Below, piece after piece: positions 1-12,100 of a stretch of DNA of 64,000 nt; within the stretch, counting starts at the first letter, position 1, and each line of letters begins with the position of its first letter. Source of the DNA: Macrostomum lignano (Eukaryota); the NCBI GenBank assembly GCA_002269645.1, contig NIVC01000417.1, positions 1 to 64,000 of the forward strand, written 5' to 3'. Under the pieces are notes generated by a model. It worked only from the letters and a program-made list of their open reading frames with translations, did no database searches and was not told where the DNA came from. A program made the position numbers and the translations under genes.

Positions 1-124
1 TCAGTCATTAGCTATTGAAGAAGAAGGCAAAGAGTCTTAAGGCGAGCCTTTCAAGGTTGCTTCTGCTTCTGCAGGTACAGTCTTAGATCTTACTAAAGCG
101 ATGGGGTGTAATCAAATGTCTTAC

Positions 125-3100
125 CGGATCCCTTGAGATCAGGATCAATCGGATAAACATAGTTGTCTGTATAGCTTCTCAATATAAACGTGGCATCATC
201 GTCCTCGCGGAATCGAGTCCTGTACATCTGGCAGGTGCCCATTATGCCGAACTGTCTTGAAGAGCAGGCGAAATAGCCGACACTGACGTTGCCAGACGAA
301 GCCGGTCCAATATTCTCAGCCTTGATGCCCATAATTGGCAACTGGTCTTTGTTGAGCACCCAGCCAAAGTCGTAGGTCCATCCGACTCCGGTGTTGTCGC
401 AGTTGCACGATCTGCCGTTGGTGCATTTGTTCAGCGCCGAACAGGGGCAGGTGTTGTCGCTAGGCGAGCCGAAGCCCATATTTGGCACTGGCTGTTTGCC
501 AGTAGTGTAAAAGTGCGAGGCCTCGTTGCCGGCAGACACGAGGGGCGAGTTGTTACAGTCGTAGCGGATCTACGAATTAACAGATAATAACGACTTTTGA
601 ACCGGTCGGAACATTTTTATAGTATTGTAACTAACGTTCTACAAATTTATCATGAGGGTATTATCAGGGTATCATGAGGGTATGATGAGGGTATCATCAG
701 GGTATCATCAGAGTATCATCAGGATATCATTAGGGTATCATCAGGGTATCATCAGGGTAGCATCAGGGTATCATCAGGATATCATTAGGATATCATCAGG
801 GTATCATCAGAGTATCATCAGGATATCATTAGGGTATCATCGGGGTATCATCAGGGTATCATCAGGGTATCAACGGGGTATCATCGGGGTATCATCGGGG
901 TATCATCAGGGTGATATAAAATACCTTAACTCGTTACTGTTGTTGCGAGCCACTAATTCGGAAAAATTACGCTCATATTACAATATTATTTTCACTAGGA
1001 CAGTTTTGAACATACCATCATTATTTTTTCAGTAAAAGTATTTTTCCTGCATTTCTACTGTAAGTAAAGTATCAATATAGTGCTAGGTATAGCATTGGTA
1101 TTCATACTGTTTTGCACACCATGATTTTGACTCAACATAGCGACTAAGAAGTCTTCAAGTTAACTGCTGAACCTTAACCTACATGCAATCTAAACCTACC
1201 CTAATTTCTATCTTAAACCCTGACAATTCCTATAGTCAAATATAAACCTAAACTCAAACTATTAGAAGTCAATTTGTCGAAATGCTTGGACGACTCGAAA
1301 TTGGCATTAATTTTACGATTTAAAAACAAGCTAAACAACTTACTTCCTGACTGCAGAATGACATCATAGACTTAAGCAGCTGTAGTTGAGCCAAAGGTGC
1401 GCAATAGGTAATCGGATTGTCGCCCTTGGCGACACTCTTTGATAAGCCGTAGGAGCATCGCTGCCCAAAGTTGTCGTGGCTGACTACAGTGGTTGAGCCG
1501 ATCAGGGCATTGTTGCAGAACGGATTGAAGCAGAGCGCCGGGAACGGCGGCAGCTCGCCACGCTGGTCGGGATCGATCAGATGGACATTGGACGACAACT
1601 TGTCCGGATGCTCGTCGCAAGTGGCCGGAATGTCGAATTGGACGCCGGAGCAGCGCAGCTCGCCGACAATGTGCTCACCGGCGCCTCGGCTTGAACGGCC
1701 GCGAAAGCCACGCAACGGCAGCAGATCGCGATTGGTGATGTAGCCATAATCGCTGCTCGTGCTGCGCGTTGTGTCGCCGTTGCAATTGCAGCTGGCCGAC
1801 TTTTGACGACAGAGTCCGACTGTGCCGCAGAGGCACTGGGGATAAGCCAAAGTTGATCAATTGTAGGCTACAAAATTCTTAATGAAATTTCATTTTCGGA
1901 TACCTACTCGTATAATGATTTGTAAAATACGAATTACGCTAGGAGTAGCCTGGGTATTGGCTATTTTAGTTTCTTGAATATTTGTACCCAATTTTGTCTC
2001 TTGGGCTGATTCCCTTCACGGGGACAGATGGGCGGGCAAGTGGCAATCACGTGCCGCGGTTCCGTGCCCCTCTTGCAGGCTCAGGTACGTCCTTCTGAAC
2101 CAAAATCGGAAGGATATTCGAGCCCCTGTCATAACCTCCACCGATCATGGCTACGTTGCCAGACACTCCGAGGAGATCTCATTGCGAATACGGTGATGAA
2201 GATGATCAACACTTTTTCTCTCACTTCCCTTTCTTTACCAGAGACTCATCCCACGCCTCTTCCGGTTCCTCCGGGCGACAAGACGAGCCACTTTCTTCCC
2301 CACGGAAGATCACGCTGCAGGACCTTCATGGACAAGGGGTATGGGTGACCCTTGCCTCCTCGCTTGTGTCTACGGACCACCCTGCAGCTAAGTCAAGTCT
2401 AATTTAGTCCCATATCATTTCAAATAGTCCTTAATTTGATACTCACCTTGCCGATTGTGCCGGAGCCCCAGTCGCGATGAGTCTTCATGCTTCTATCATA
2501 GTACAGCATGTCCTCCATGGGATTGGCGCCGTAGAAGCAGTTGTATCTGAGAGAGAATATTTGACAGTAATCTAAGACTCCAAATGTTTCATCCAGAAAT
2601 GCTGTAGTGAAAAAAAATTTTTATGTTAACCTGATTTCAATATCCAAGAAAATCCCATATATATGAGTAGGCTTCTGCTAGGTAATTGGTTTACAAGGGG
2701 CCTTACGCTTTGCGCATTGAGGGTTTTGCCTTCATTTCCTACAATGGCACGAAACGCCATAGGCACTAAATTAACTTGGCCGTTCACGGAATCAGACGCG
2801 TTTAACTATTTAGCTACTCTGCAGCCTTGAATAACAACACACGTTCAGACAAGGTGTAAAGCAGCCCTCTGACACTCTAATCTCACAACAGCACAGTAGT
2901 CTGAATACGCACCTGATTGTCTGAATGCAGAAAGCGGAGTTGCCAACCACAGCGGTCATCTCGTCAATCAGAGTGGTGTAGATCAGTTTCTCTCGCCACA
3001 CGCTGCCAGAGTAGCGGGATTTCTTATTCTTCTCCGGCGGGAACACCGTGATGCCGTAGTCTGCGTACATCTCGCAGGTGACCTCCTGAGCGTCAAGGGG

Positions 3101-6100
3101 CCCGGTACCGTCGGATCGATCGTCTGCTTGGAGCGGCGCGGGAAGGCTTCGGACATTTTTTTCAGGCGCAACTCGTGACAGGTGCGCGGCAGCTCGACGC
3201 AGGTCTTGCCGTTGCCAGCGTAGCCGTTCTTGCAGGCGCAGGTGAAACTGCCCGGGTTGTTCGTGCAGGTGGCGTTCGGGCTGCAGTCGTGGATGCCCAT
3301 GGAGCACTCGTCGATGTCGACGCAGGTGCGCACACCGTCGCCTTTGTAGCCTCGATTGCAGGTGCACAAATTGCCAATACAGGCGGCCAAGCGGAGACAG
3401 TCGGAGTTTGAGACACAGTATCGAATGTCTGTTAAAATTATTGTGTAGAACTCGTATAGTCGAGTTAAACTACTGATTCAAGTAGCAACCGTAGTATTTT
3501 TATTTAGAAAGATGGACTGTTTGGGAATATAGTACCAACGATAAAAAGGGGATGTTAGCATAGTTTAGCATAGTCCGAAAATTTGAGCTCTAATATTCCG
3601 CTTGCGGTATAGAGGCTTGAGTAGACTCTGAGAATGAAGATGACGGCTGGCGATCTAAATTTATTGCCAGTCCAATAATGGACCCATCAACCCTCTTCTA
3701 CTCAGCGACAGAGCTCAACCAGGGCTGATCTGCACGTGTAAAAAGCAACCCCTTTCAACAAGTCAACAACTTCTATCCCATGCTTAACGAGCAACTTAAA
3801 TCTACGAGCGGTGTCCCAAAAGTTCCAGGAATGTTTGCTCTTGCACCTCAGTATCTTGACCAGTTTTTGTGCTTTCTGTCAAATTAAAGAAACTTTTTTT
3901 TTAAATTGTTATTTGAAGTACAATTATTTGAATTGTTATTTACACAACATCGAATGTCTGTGAATGTCTTTTCCGTCAACAATTTTCTTTACAAAAAGTA
4001 ATTTTGAATTCGTGCCGCTGACGCGCCACGATAGACGTGCTTGCTAATTACATACCAGGTGCTTTCTTTTGGCTAGAGATATCAAAAATGAGTTCTCTTC
4101 ATAACCTTGAGAGTTAGCGGAGTCAAGTTTTCGCCCTGTGTGGTCTGCAGGATGGAGAGGACCCATAGCAACTCACCTTGGCAGCGACCCTCGGCGTTCA
4201 GCTGATAACCAGCGTCGCAGTCGCATTTGTATCCGCCAATCAGATTGGAGCAGGTCGAATGCGGCTGACAGATGCCATCGATCTCGCACTCATCAATGTC
4301 TGATTGGTTTCGCGTTAGGGTTTCAAATGTTTAGACTAATAAAACATTTACAATCCGTAACCCAGAATCAGGTATTTATTCGAATTCACTCACCAACGCA
4401 CGATCGCCGACCGTCGCCATAGAAACCTTTCTTGCAGCGGCACTGCCCGAGGAAGCATTCGCCATTGGCTGCGCAGTCGGAGTGCTGCAGACAGGGCGTG
4501 TTCTCTGCAATTGCGCGAAGGTTTGTCTGCGTTGCATCGTTTCACATGATGCTGGCCATTTATTTGAGTCGAAAATCGGAATACGCGGTTTTTAGAAAAC
4601 CTTTTTAATGTATCTTTGGTAGGCACTTCTATTAATCTACCAGAAACCTAGCTAGCAAAGTTACGAGTACATAATAATTTGTCCTAACTTGAAGCTTTAC
4701 CCCCGACAAGCTGCTGATACTAAACCTCAGTTAACTCTTACAACCTACTCAAACTAAACCCCAGTTAACTCTTACAACCTACTCAAACTAAACCCCAGTC
4801 AACTCTTACAACCTACTCAAACTAAACCTCAGTCAACTCTTACAACCTACTCAAACTAAACCTCAGTCAACTCTTACAACCTACTCAAACTAAACCTCAG
4901 TTAACTGTTACAACCTACTCAAACTAAACCATAGTCAACTCTTACAACCTACTCAAACTAAACCATAGTCAACTCTTACAACCTACTCAAACTAAACCTC
5001 AGTCAACCCATACAATCTACTCAAACTAAAACACACATCTACCAGACAATTTACTCAAACAATCCTACCCAGAAAACACAACAAAATAGCCCCTTAATCT
5101 ATATACTCCATATAAAACAGACCCTTGCTCAAGCCAAATCCAAAAATGAACCAATAAAGCATTGCTAACCGAATTCGCACACGGCCCAAGCGTCGGACGA
5201 GCAGCCAACAACGGTGAAGCCTTCCGCCGGGTCGGCAATCTGGGTGCAGCGGCCTTGACTAGCATTGGCTGGTGCGGCGCCGCCCTTCCAGTTGTAATAA
5301 GCAATCTTGCTGCCATCAGAGTTGGTGAAGTTGGTCGCATTGGCAGCCAGAAACAGGCCAGTGTAGTAGCTCTTCGGCCCAGTCTGTCCGGCGTAGATGA
5401 CACGGCTAAAAAATTTGTACTCCTCCGGAGTCTGGAAAGCCACTAGATCGCCGCCGAGGCTGCGACAGTCGTCGAGATGGTGGGTGAAATTCTGCGACGT
5501 CGAAATCACCGTGTAGCACTTGCCGTTGAAATAGTAAGCGTTTCTTGGACAGCGGTAGTAAGCTGAAGTTCCGGGTTTTTAAATACGCTTTTGAAGCGAT
5601 GGCTTTGAGACGAGTAGTGACAGAAGAATGTAAAGTAAAACATACACACAAAAGCGTATAGAATATTAGAATAACTATATCTATTAGAACTATCTATTAA
5701 ATTGGCATCTTTCACATCCTCTTTGATGCTACATCTGAATCCAGTGCGTATGAGCAAGAGAGAAAAGGGGTGGCGCCCCAGCCAGGCCGATAAACAGTTG
5801 GGCTTCCCTCTTGTCCGCCTGAATTGACTACGTTACTTACTGCTCTCTCATTGGCTGAGCTAGATTGGGCCTGCCCTCTGCCCCTAGGCTGAGTTTCGTC
5901 CGTCTGACTCTGACATCTCTCCTTACTGCTCTCCTATTGGCTGGGCTAGATTTGGCCTGCCCCTAGCCTAAAGTGAATACTTTCTGTTCATTTTTAACAC
6001 CATTGGCTTCTGAGGTTAGAAATGAAAGTTTAGCTGTCACATTAAATTTAAGTGACACTGCGCAGAGAAACTACTGAAAAAGAGTAGACACTCTACTTTT

Positions 6101-9100
6101 ACATCCTTATTTATTCGATTATCTTTTTTCGTATCTAAATATAATGTCTAATGTCTTTTCCTATGCAATGTAGACGAATTGGGCAGAGTAGTTCAGAGGT
6201 CAGCATCCATCTGGCTTCGATTCTGTGAACGGCCACATTGATTTTGGGGCTTGTGCACGAAAATTGGTCTGGGGGTTGCCGTGCAATTCTCGCCAATGAG
6301 TAACAGCAGAGGTCCGTAGTTATAACTTCAAGTACATGTAACATTGCTTCATAAAACCAGCTATCTATATATTGTTGTTTCATATAGTCAAGAGACTCAC
6401 CATATCGTTGCTTCTGACAGATGTAGCCCAGTTTGTCTCCGCAAGCTCTGGTGGCCCATCGAGCCTGCGTGCTGATAGCGGCGCAGTCTTTGCCAGCAGC
6501 CGGCTCGCCTGGACTGTCCCACATGAGGTAGGCGGGATTGTAGGCGCTGCCGTCCCACCATCTGAATGCGTTCGGCGCCAGCAGGGTGTCGTACTGCAGC
6601 CCGATCCAGTGGTAGCCGGAGCCAGCGCGGGAGTTGAAGAAGCTAAAGGGTGGAGTATAATGTCGTTAATTCTTTCCCGTTGGCACCTCAATTGAAATTC
6701 TAATCACATTGTTTTCGTATTATTTTGCAATGTGAGTAATGTTTTATTAAATCAACTTTCAATTAATATATTGATTTGCGCATCAATTTTATGGTCGACT
6801 TCTTGGCCGCATTTCTCTTTCATGCCTCGCTTACCCTACTTTATCGATTTTATGATCGGCCCTTAACAGAATTTCTCTCCTAACCTCGTTAACCCTAAGT
6901 TATCGATTTTGTAGTCTACTCTCAACTAAATTTCACTTTTTACCACCCAATGAATTCCTTCGATTAAACTCACTAATCATAAAGGAATTTGCTGACATCG
7001 TTGGCCCCAATAGAGACGAGATCGGCTCCCAATAGAGCGCACTGCACCATAGCGTCCTCGTAGGTCACCGCATCGTCGCTCATATAGTAACAGTTGCTGC
7101 CCAGACTCTGCCAGCCCTCCGGGCAGCTGCGAGTGGCGCCGGGAACTTTGCAGACAGTGGCTAGCTGCTCTCCGCAAGACCGAGCCTCCAGTTTGACAGC
7201 TCCATTGTTTAGCACTCCACTGCCGCACATGTCTGGTCGGAATCGTCCAACTCCGGAATTGGCGGAACTATTATCCCCGGAAGTGATCCAAAGTTTGCGC
7301 CAGAGAGAGCCAACAAAATCCATTGGCGGAAAGTAGCCGCTAGTTTTGTCGTCGGCGTATCCGGTCCAGAAATTTCCGGTGGCCAGTTTAGCGTTGAGCA
7401 GGACTTTGACCTGGCTGGCTACTCGCTCGTCCAGAATAGTGACCAGAGTGCCACCGAGGGTGGCGCAATATTCGGCAGCGGATGAATGGTTGCGCTTTGT
7501 ATCGTCGTAATAGTAGCAGAAGCCTTCAATACTTGTGTAGTTAGCTGGGCAGTTGGCTGTGTACAATTTTATACAGGAGGAGTGCCTTTGAGTTTCTGAT
7601 ATTTTTATTTACGAGCTAATAAGTAGTGACCCTGAAAAGCCATATTTTGGCACTATCGCATCCCACAATGCTGTCGTCAGATCACAAACGGCTCGTAGGT
7701 TTCTTGGATTTTAAAAGTTTGGTGCTCCACATAGGGCTCTGAGCTCCTTGAGGCTCTAATACTCTTTCGACATCCGATTTTATAAGCTTCCTGGATAGCT
7801 TTGGACCCTTGGATGCCATTGGATATCGGATATCTAACTATCACGGGCTTTCCTGAAATATCTCTTGATCCTGAATAACTCTAGATCCCAAATCTCTCTC
7901 GATCCTAAATTTCAGTTAATCGCGCCATTCCTGATATTTATGTACATGTACATGTTCTTAGATCTTAAACGCGTAAAGATCGACTAGTTGCGTCGGGATG
8001 TCTCCTAAATTTGGCACTTACGCCACTTGCAGCCGGAGTGACCAGCTCCTTTGTATCCGTCGCCAATGGACCCGTGTGGACAAGCGCAGGAGATGCTGCC
8101 GTTAGCCAAATCGCTGCAAACTGACGTTGGATCGCACTGCAGCTCCTTCAGATAGGAGCAGCCGGTCTCGCCAGTGCTTGCGTTGGCATAGTTTGGCGCA
8201 ATAAACGGTACGGAGCAGGTTTTACCGTCGCCAACGTAGGGCGACACGCAGGCGCACTGGTAGCTTCCGGGTAGGTTGCGGCAAATTGCGTTGGCGCTGC
8301 ACGGCGAGACGGTGGCCGAGCATTCGTCTACGTCGCTGCAGTTGTAGCCGTTGCCTTGGTAACCAGACTGACAGCGGCACTGATAACCGCCAGGTGTGTT
8401 GACGCACACGGCTTTGGCGTGACAGGCGTGATTGCCTCTGGCAGATGGGTTGAGGGTTTTTCAGTTAAATTCGACTGGAAGATGAAAAATAAACAAAAGA
8501 TGACAATGGCGAAACGCGGTAGTAAGTAAGAAGTAGCAGTGAAAAAAACTTCTGAATGTCGAGGGGGAAAATGAACACAGAATCAAGACAAAAATGGAGA
8601 AGGACTTAGAGACGGACATGCAGACGGACGTAGAGACGGACGTGGAGACGGACGTGGAGACGGCCTGCGCTTGGAGACGGACTTGGAGATGGACTTGGAG
8701 ATGGACTTGGAGACGGACGTAGAGACGGACGTGGAGGCGGACTTAGTGACGGATGTGGAGACAAAAAGACTAACGCTAAAATCCAAAAAAGGCTAACTGT
8801 AAAAATGAAAAGCCGAAAAATGATGTTGCAGAAAAAGACGAAGAAAAACTTTGAGCGGACAGAAATCGCATCATTGGCCTCTCACTTGGCACACTCGTCA
8901 ATATCCTCGCAGGCGGGCCCGGCGAAGCCTTCGGCACAGTCGCAGAAGGCGGCGCCATCCGGCAGCTGCACGCATTTGGTGTTGTTTTTGCACGCGTTGC
9001 CAACCGAGTCAATTCCGCGAGCGCCGTTGCAAACGTGCTTCTTAGCGCAGGCCTGCGAGTACCAAACCTGGCCCTTGGCCTTGTAGAAACCGCCGGCTTC

Positions 9101-12100
9101 GTCTCGTTTAGCCGCCGTGCAGCCGCATTGGTTGGCTCGGACGCAGACGTTGCCGCTTCGACGGTAGCTCGGCTGGCATTGGCAGGCTGGCTGACGGCGC
9201 TGCACGCCGCAGTGGGAGCCGGTGCCGATGCCCTGGTTGATGTTCGGACAGTCGTTCGGCTCGCAGGGTCGTGCGTCGACTACCAACTGTTCGTTGGCCT
9301 GACAGGTGGAAGTCTCTGAATGGAGCAGTTCGGGTCGAGTTTTGTTTCACAGCTTGTGTCATGTGTCAACACATCGACTTTTATTTTGTTATCCTGGAAT
9401 CCTGAATGTTGATCCCGGATGCCAAATACGAGTAGGCAGCCTGATTTATCCAGGCTGGGTGCCAATTCATTTGAATTCTATATTTTCTGTAATTCCCATT
9501 TCACTTAAAGTAATAGTAATTTTGGAACAATTCGGATTAGATTGAAATTTCTAAACATCTATCAATTGTCAAATTTGAATAATCTGTAAACTATTTGGCA
9601 TATTAAATTCGGACCCAGCATGCCAAACGGCAATTGCAATTCTGACGCTTAAAACTCAGAAACCGATTCAAGGCTATGACCACTTTGGAAATACCTTTTA
9701 AATATAAATAAACCGTTAAATAAAATCTTACAACCCTTCTGTAACATCCAGCCTAACATATCATTAACATAATCTATTAAACATTCTAACCACACTACTG
9801 TCTCAAGTAGAAAGTGCAGCATTTATTTGCACTGCTTACCCTGGCACAGTCCGGGCGGGAACAGCTGGGCGGAACTGAGTAGACCGCGGGCGCTGAGCAC
9901 CTTGTAGAATGCTGTAGTCAGCTGGCACAGCTGCAGGTTGTCAAAGGGAGCGGCCATGTCACTGTGGCAGGCGTCGTTAAAGACTCCGCGAAGCGTCGCG
10001 TCAGCCAGGTAAGTTGAAAACGCGTAGTTGGACAGGATAGCATTGCAGACGACCATCACGGAGGCTGAGGAGACGCTGCTGCTTTCGACTGGGCGGGAAA
10101 TTTCCTCCTTTTTGCAGCTGCAATTCAGGCGGGGGATAAAGAGCTGTCGTTGTTGGTGATAATAATGTAAGATCTTGGTAAATGTGAGAATTATTGGGCG
10201 TGGTCAGGAAGGTGGCAAGGTGGGCTGTGCCCCACCACCCCCCCAATAAAGGAAAAAAAATGATATTGCGCTTCTTGCAGGATCTTTGCGCCCCTGGTGC
10301 TGGCGCCCCTGGTGCTGGCGCCCCTGGTGCTGGCGCCCCTGGTGCTGGCGCCCCTGGTGCTGGCGCCCCTGGTGCTGGCGCCCCTGGTGCTGGCGCCCCT
10401 GGTGCTGGCGCCCCTGGTGCTAAAGCCCCTGGTGCTGGCGCCCCTGGTGCTGGCGCCCCTGGTGCTGGCGCCCCTGGTGCTGGCGCCCCTGGTGCTGGCG
10501 CCCCTGGTGCTAAAGCCCCTGGTGCTGGCGCCCCTGGTGCTGGCGCCCCTGGTGCTGGCGCCCCTGGTGCTGGCGCCCCTGGTGCTAAAGCCCCTGGTGC
10601 TGGCGCCCCTGGTGCTGGCGCCCCTGGTGCTGGCGCCCCTGGTGCTGGCGCCCCTGGTGCTGGCGCCCCTGGTGCTAAAGCCCCTGGTGCTGGCGCCCCT
10701 GGTGCTGGCGCCCCTGGTGCTGGCGCCCCTGGTGCTGGCGCCCCTGGTGCTGGCGCCCCTGGTGCTGGCGCCCCTGGTGCTAAAGCCCCTGGTGCTAAAG
10801 CCCCTGGTGCTAAAGCCCCTGGTGCTGGCGCCCCTGGTGCTGGCGCCCCTGGTGCTAAAGCCCCTGGTGCTGGCGCCCCTGGTGCTGGCGCCCCTGGTGC
10901 TGGCGCCCCTGGTGCTGGCGCCCCTGGTGCTGGCGCCCCTGGTGCTGGCGCCCCTGATGCTAAAGCCCCTGGTGCTAAAGCCCCTGGTGCTAAAGCCCCT
11001 GGTGCTGGCGCCCCTGGTGCTGGCGCCCCTGGTGCTAAAGCCCCTGGTGCTGGCGCCCCTGGTGCTAAAGCCCCTGGTGCTGGCGCCCCTGGTGCTAAAG
11101 CCCCTGGTGCTGGCGCCCCTGGTGCTGGCGCCCCTGGTGCTGGCGCCCCTGGTGCTGGCGCCCCTGGTGCTGGCGCCCCTGGTGCTGGCGCCCCTGATGC
11201 TAAAGCCCCTGGTGCTAAAGCCCCTGGTGCTAAAGCCCCTGGTGCTGGCGCCCCTGGTGCTGGCGCCCCTGGTGCTAAAGCCCCTGGTGCTGGCGCCCCT
11301 GGTGCTAAAGCCCCTGGTGCTAAAGCCCCTGGTGCTAAAGCCCCTGGTGCTAAAGCCCCTGGTGCTAAAGCCCCTGGTGCTAAAGCCCCTGGTGCTAAAG
11401 CCCCTGGTGCTGGCGCCCCTGGTCTTCCAGCTGGTCTTCTTCTTTTTCTTCGGGTCACGGACATTGTAGCTAGACGTCTTTAGCGCCCCTGGTGCTAAAG
11501 CCTCTGCTGGCGCTGGCACCATCCTTTTAAATACCTCAAGCGGCAGTTGACTGACAACAAAGTATTATATAATCATGCATTAGTAAAATTTAAGTCAGAA
11601 AAAATAAGTTTATAAAACCCTTAATCACTTTTTGTAGCGTATTGACTACTAGTAAAACGATTTTCTAAATACAGTTAAGCGTCAAGTTCAGCTTACTTGG
11701 AATTGGACTGATTGGCAGTCATCCAGGAGGCGTACACCGCCGCCTTATCCGAGCTCGTTGTGTTGGCGCCTTTCGGCGTGAAATCGTTCGCCTGATGGCC
11801 GTCGGAGTTGCCGCAGAGGCCGCACGGTTCAATGCCGGCCAGCTGGGGGGAGATCACGGTTGCCAGGTAGCGGCGCATGTCGTAGAAGACTTCCAAGCCG
11901 TAGTCCGTGGTGATTACGATGTCGTTCCACATGTAGGTGATGGTCACGGAGCTGTTCGGATGGCCGGCCAAATTGCCAGAGTAGGTGTTGAGGCTGGGCG
12001 TGATGGGCATTCCGTTTACCTGGAATAATTAATTGTTTGTGAAGCAGGTTGGTATTTTGTCTCTAGGGCTGTTCGCCCAATTCTATCCCAAAGGCACAGA

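Noticed and set aside
93-124. True stop codon of the mosaic gene at 93-95
   Set aside because: The third Caspr-like module has only just begun (IDPDLKGS) and a GTAAGA donor sits at 124, so continuation off-window is more likely, though not proven.
10288-11425. CTCF-site array (minus strand GCACCAGGGGCGCC)
   Set aside because: It is one G short of the core consensus, and the resemblance is expected by chance in a GC-rich 15-mer.
10001-11522. Four 390-487 aa ORFs (PGAP, STRG, GAGAP, VLAP polymers) as a collagen-, elastin- or glue-like coding exon
   Set aside because: The flanking exons splice cleanly in phase 2 around the array (AA|C TGC). Openness follows from a stop-poor 15-bp unit.
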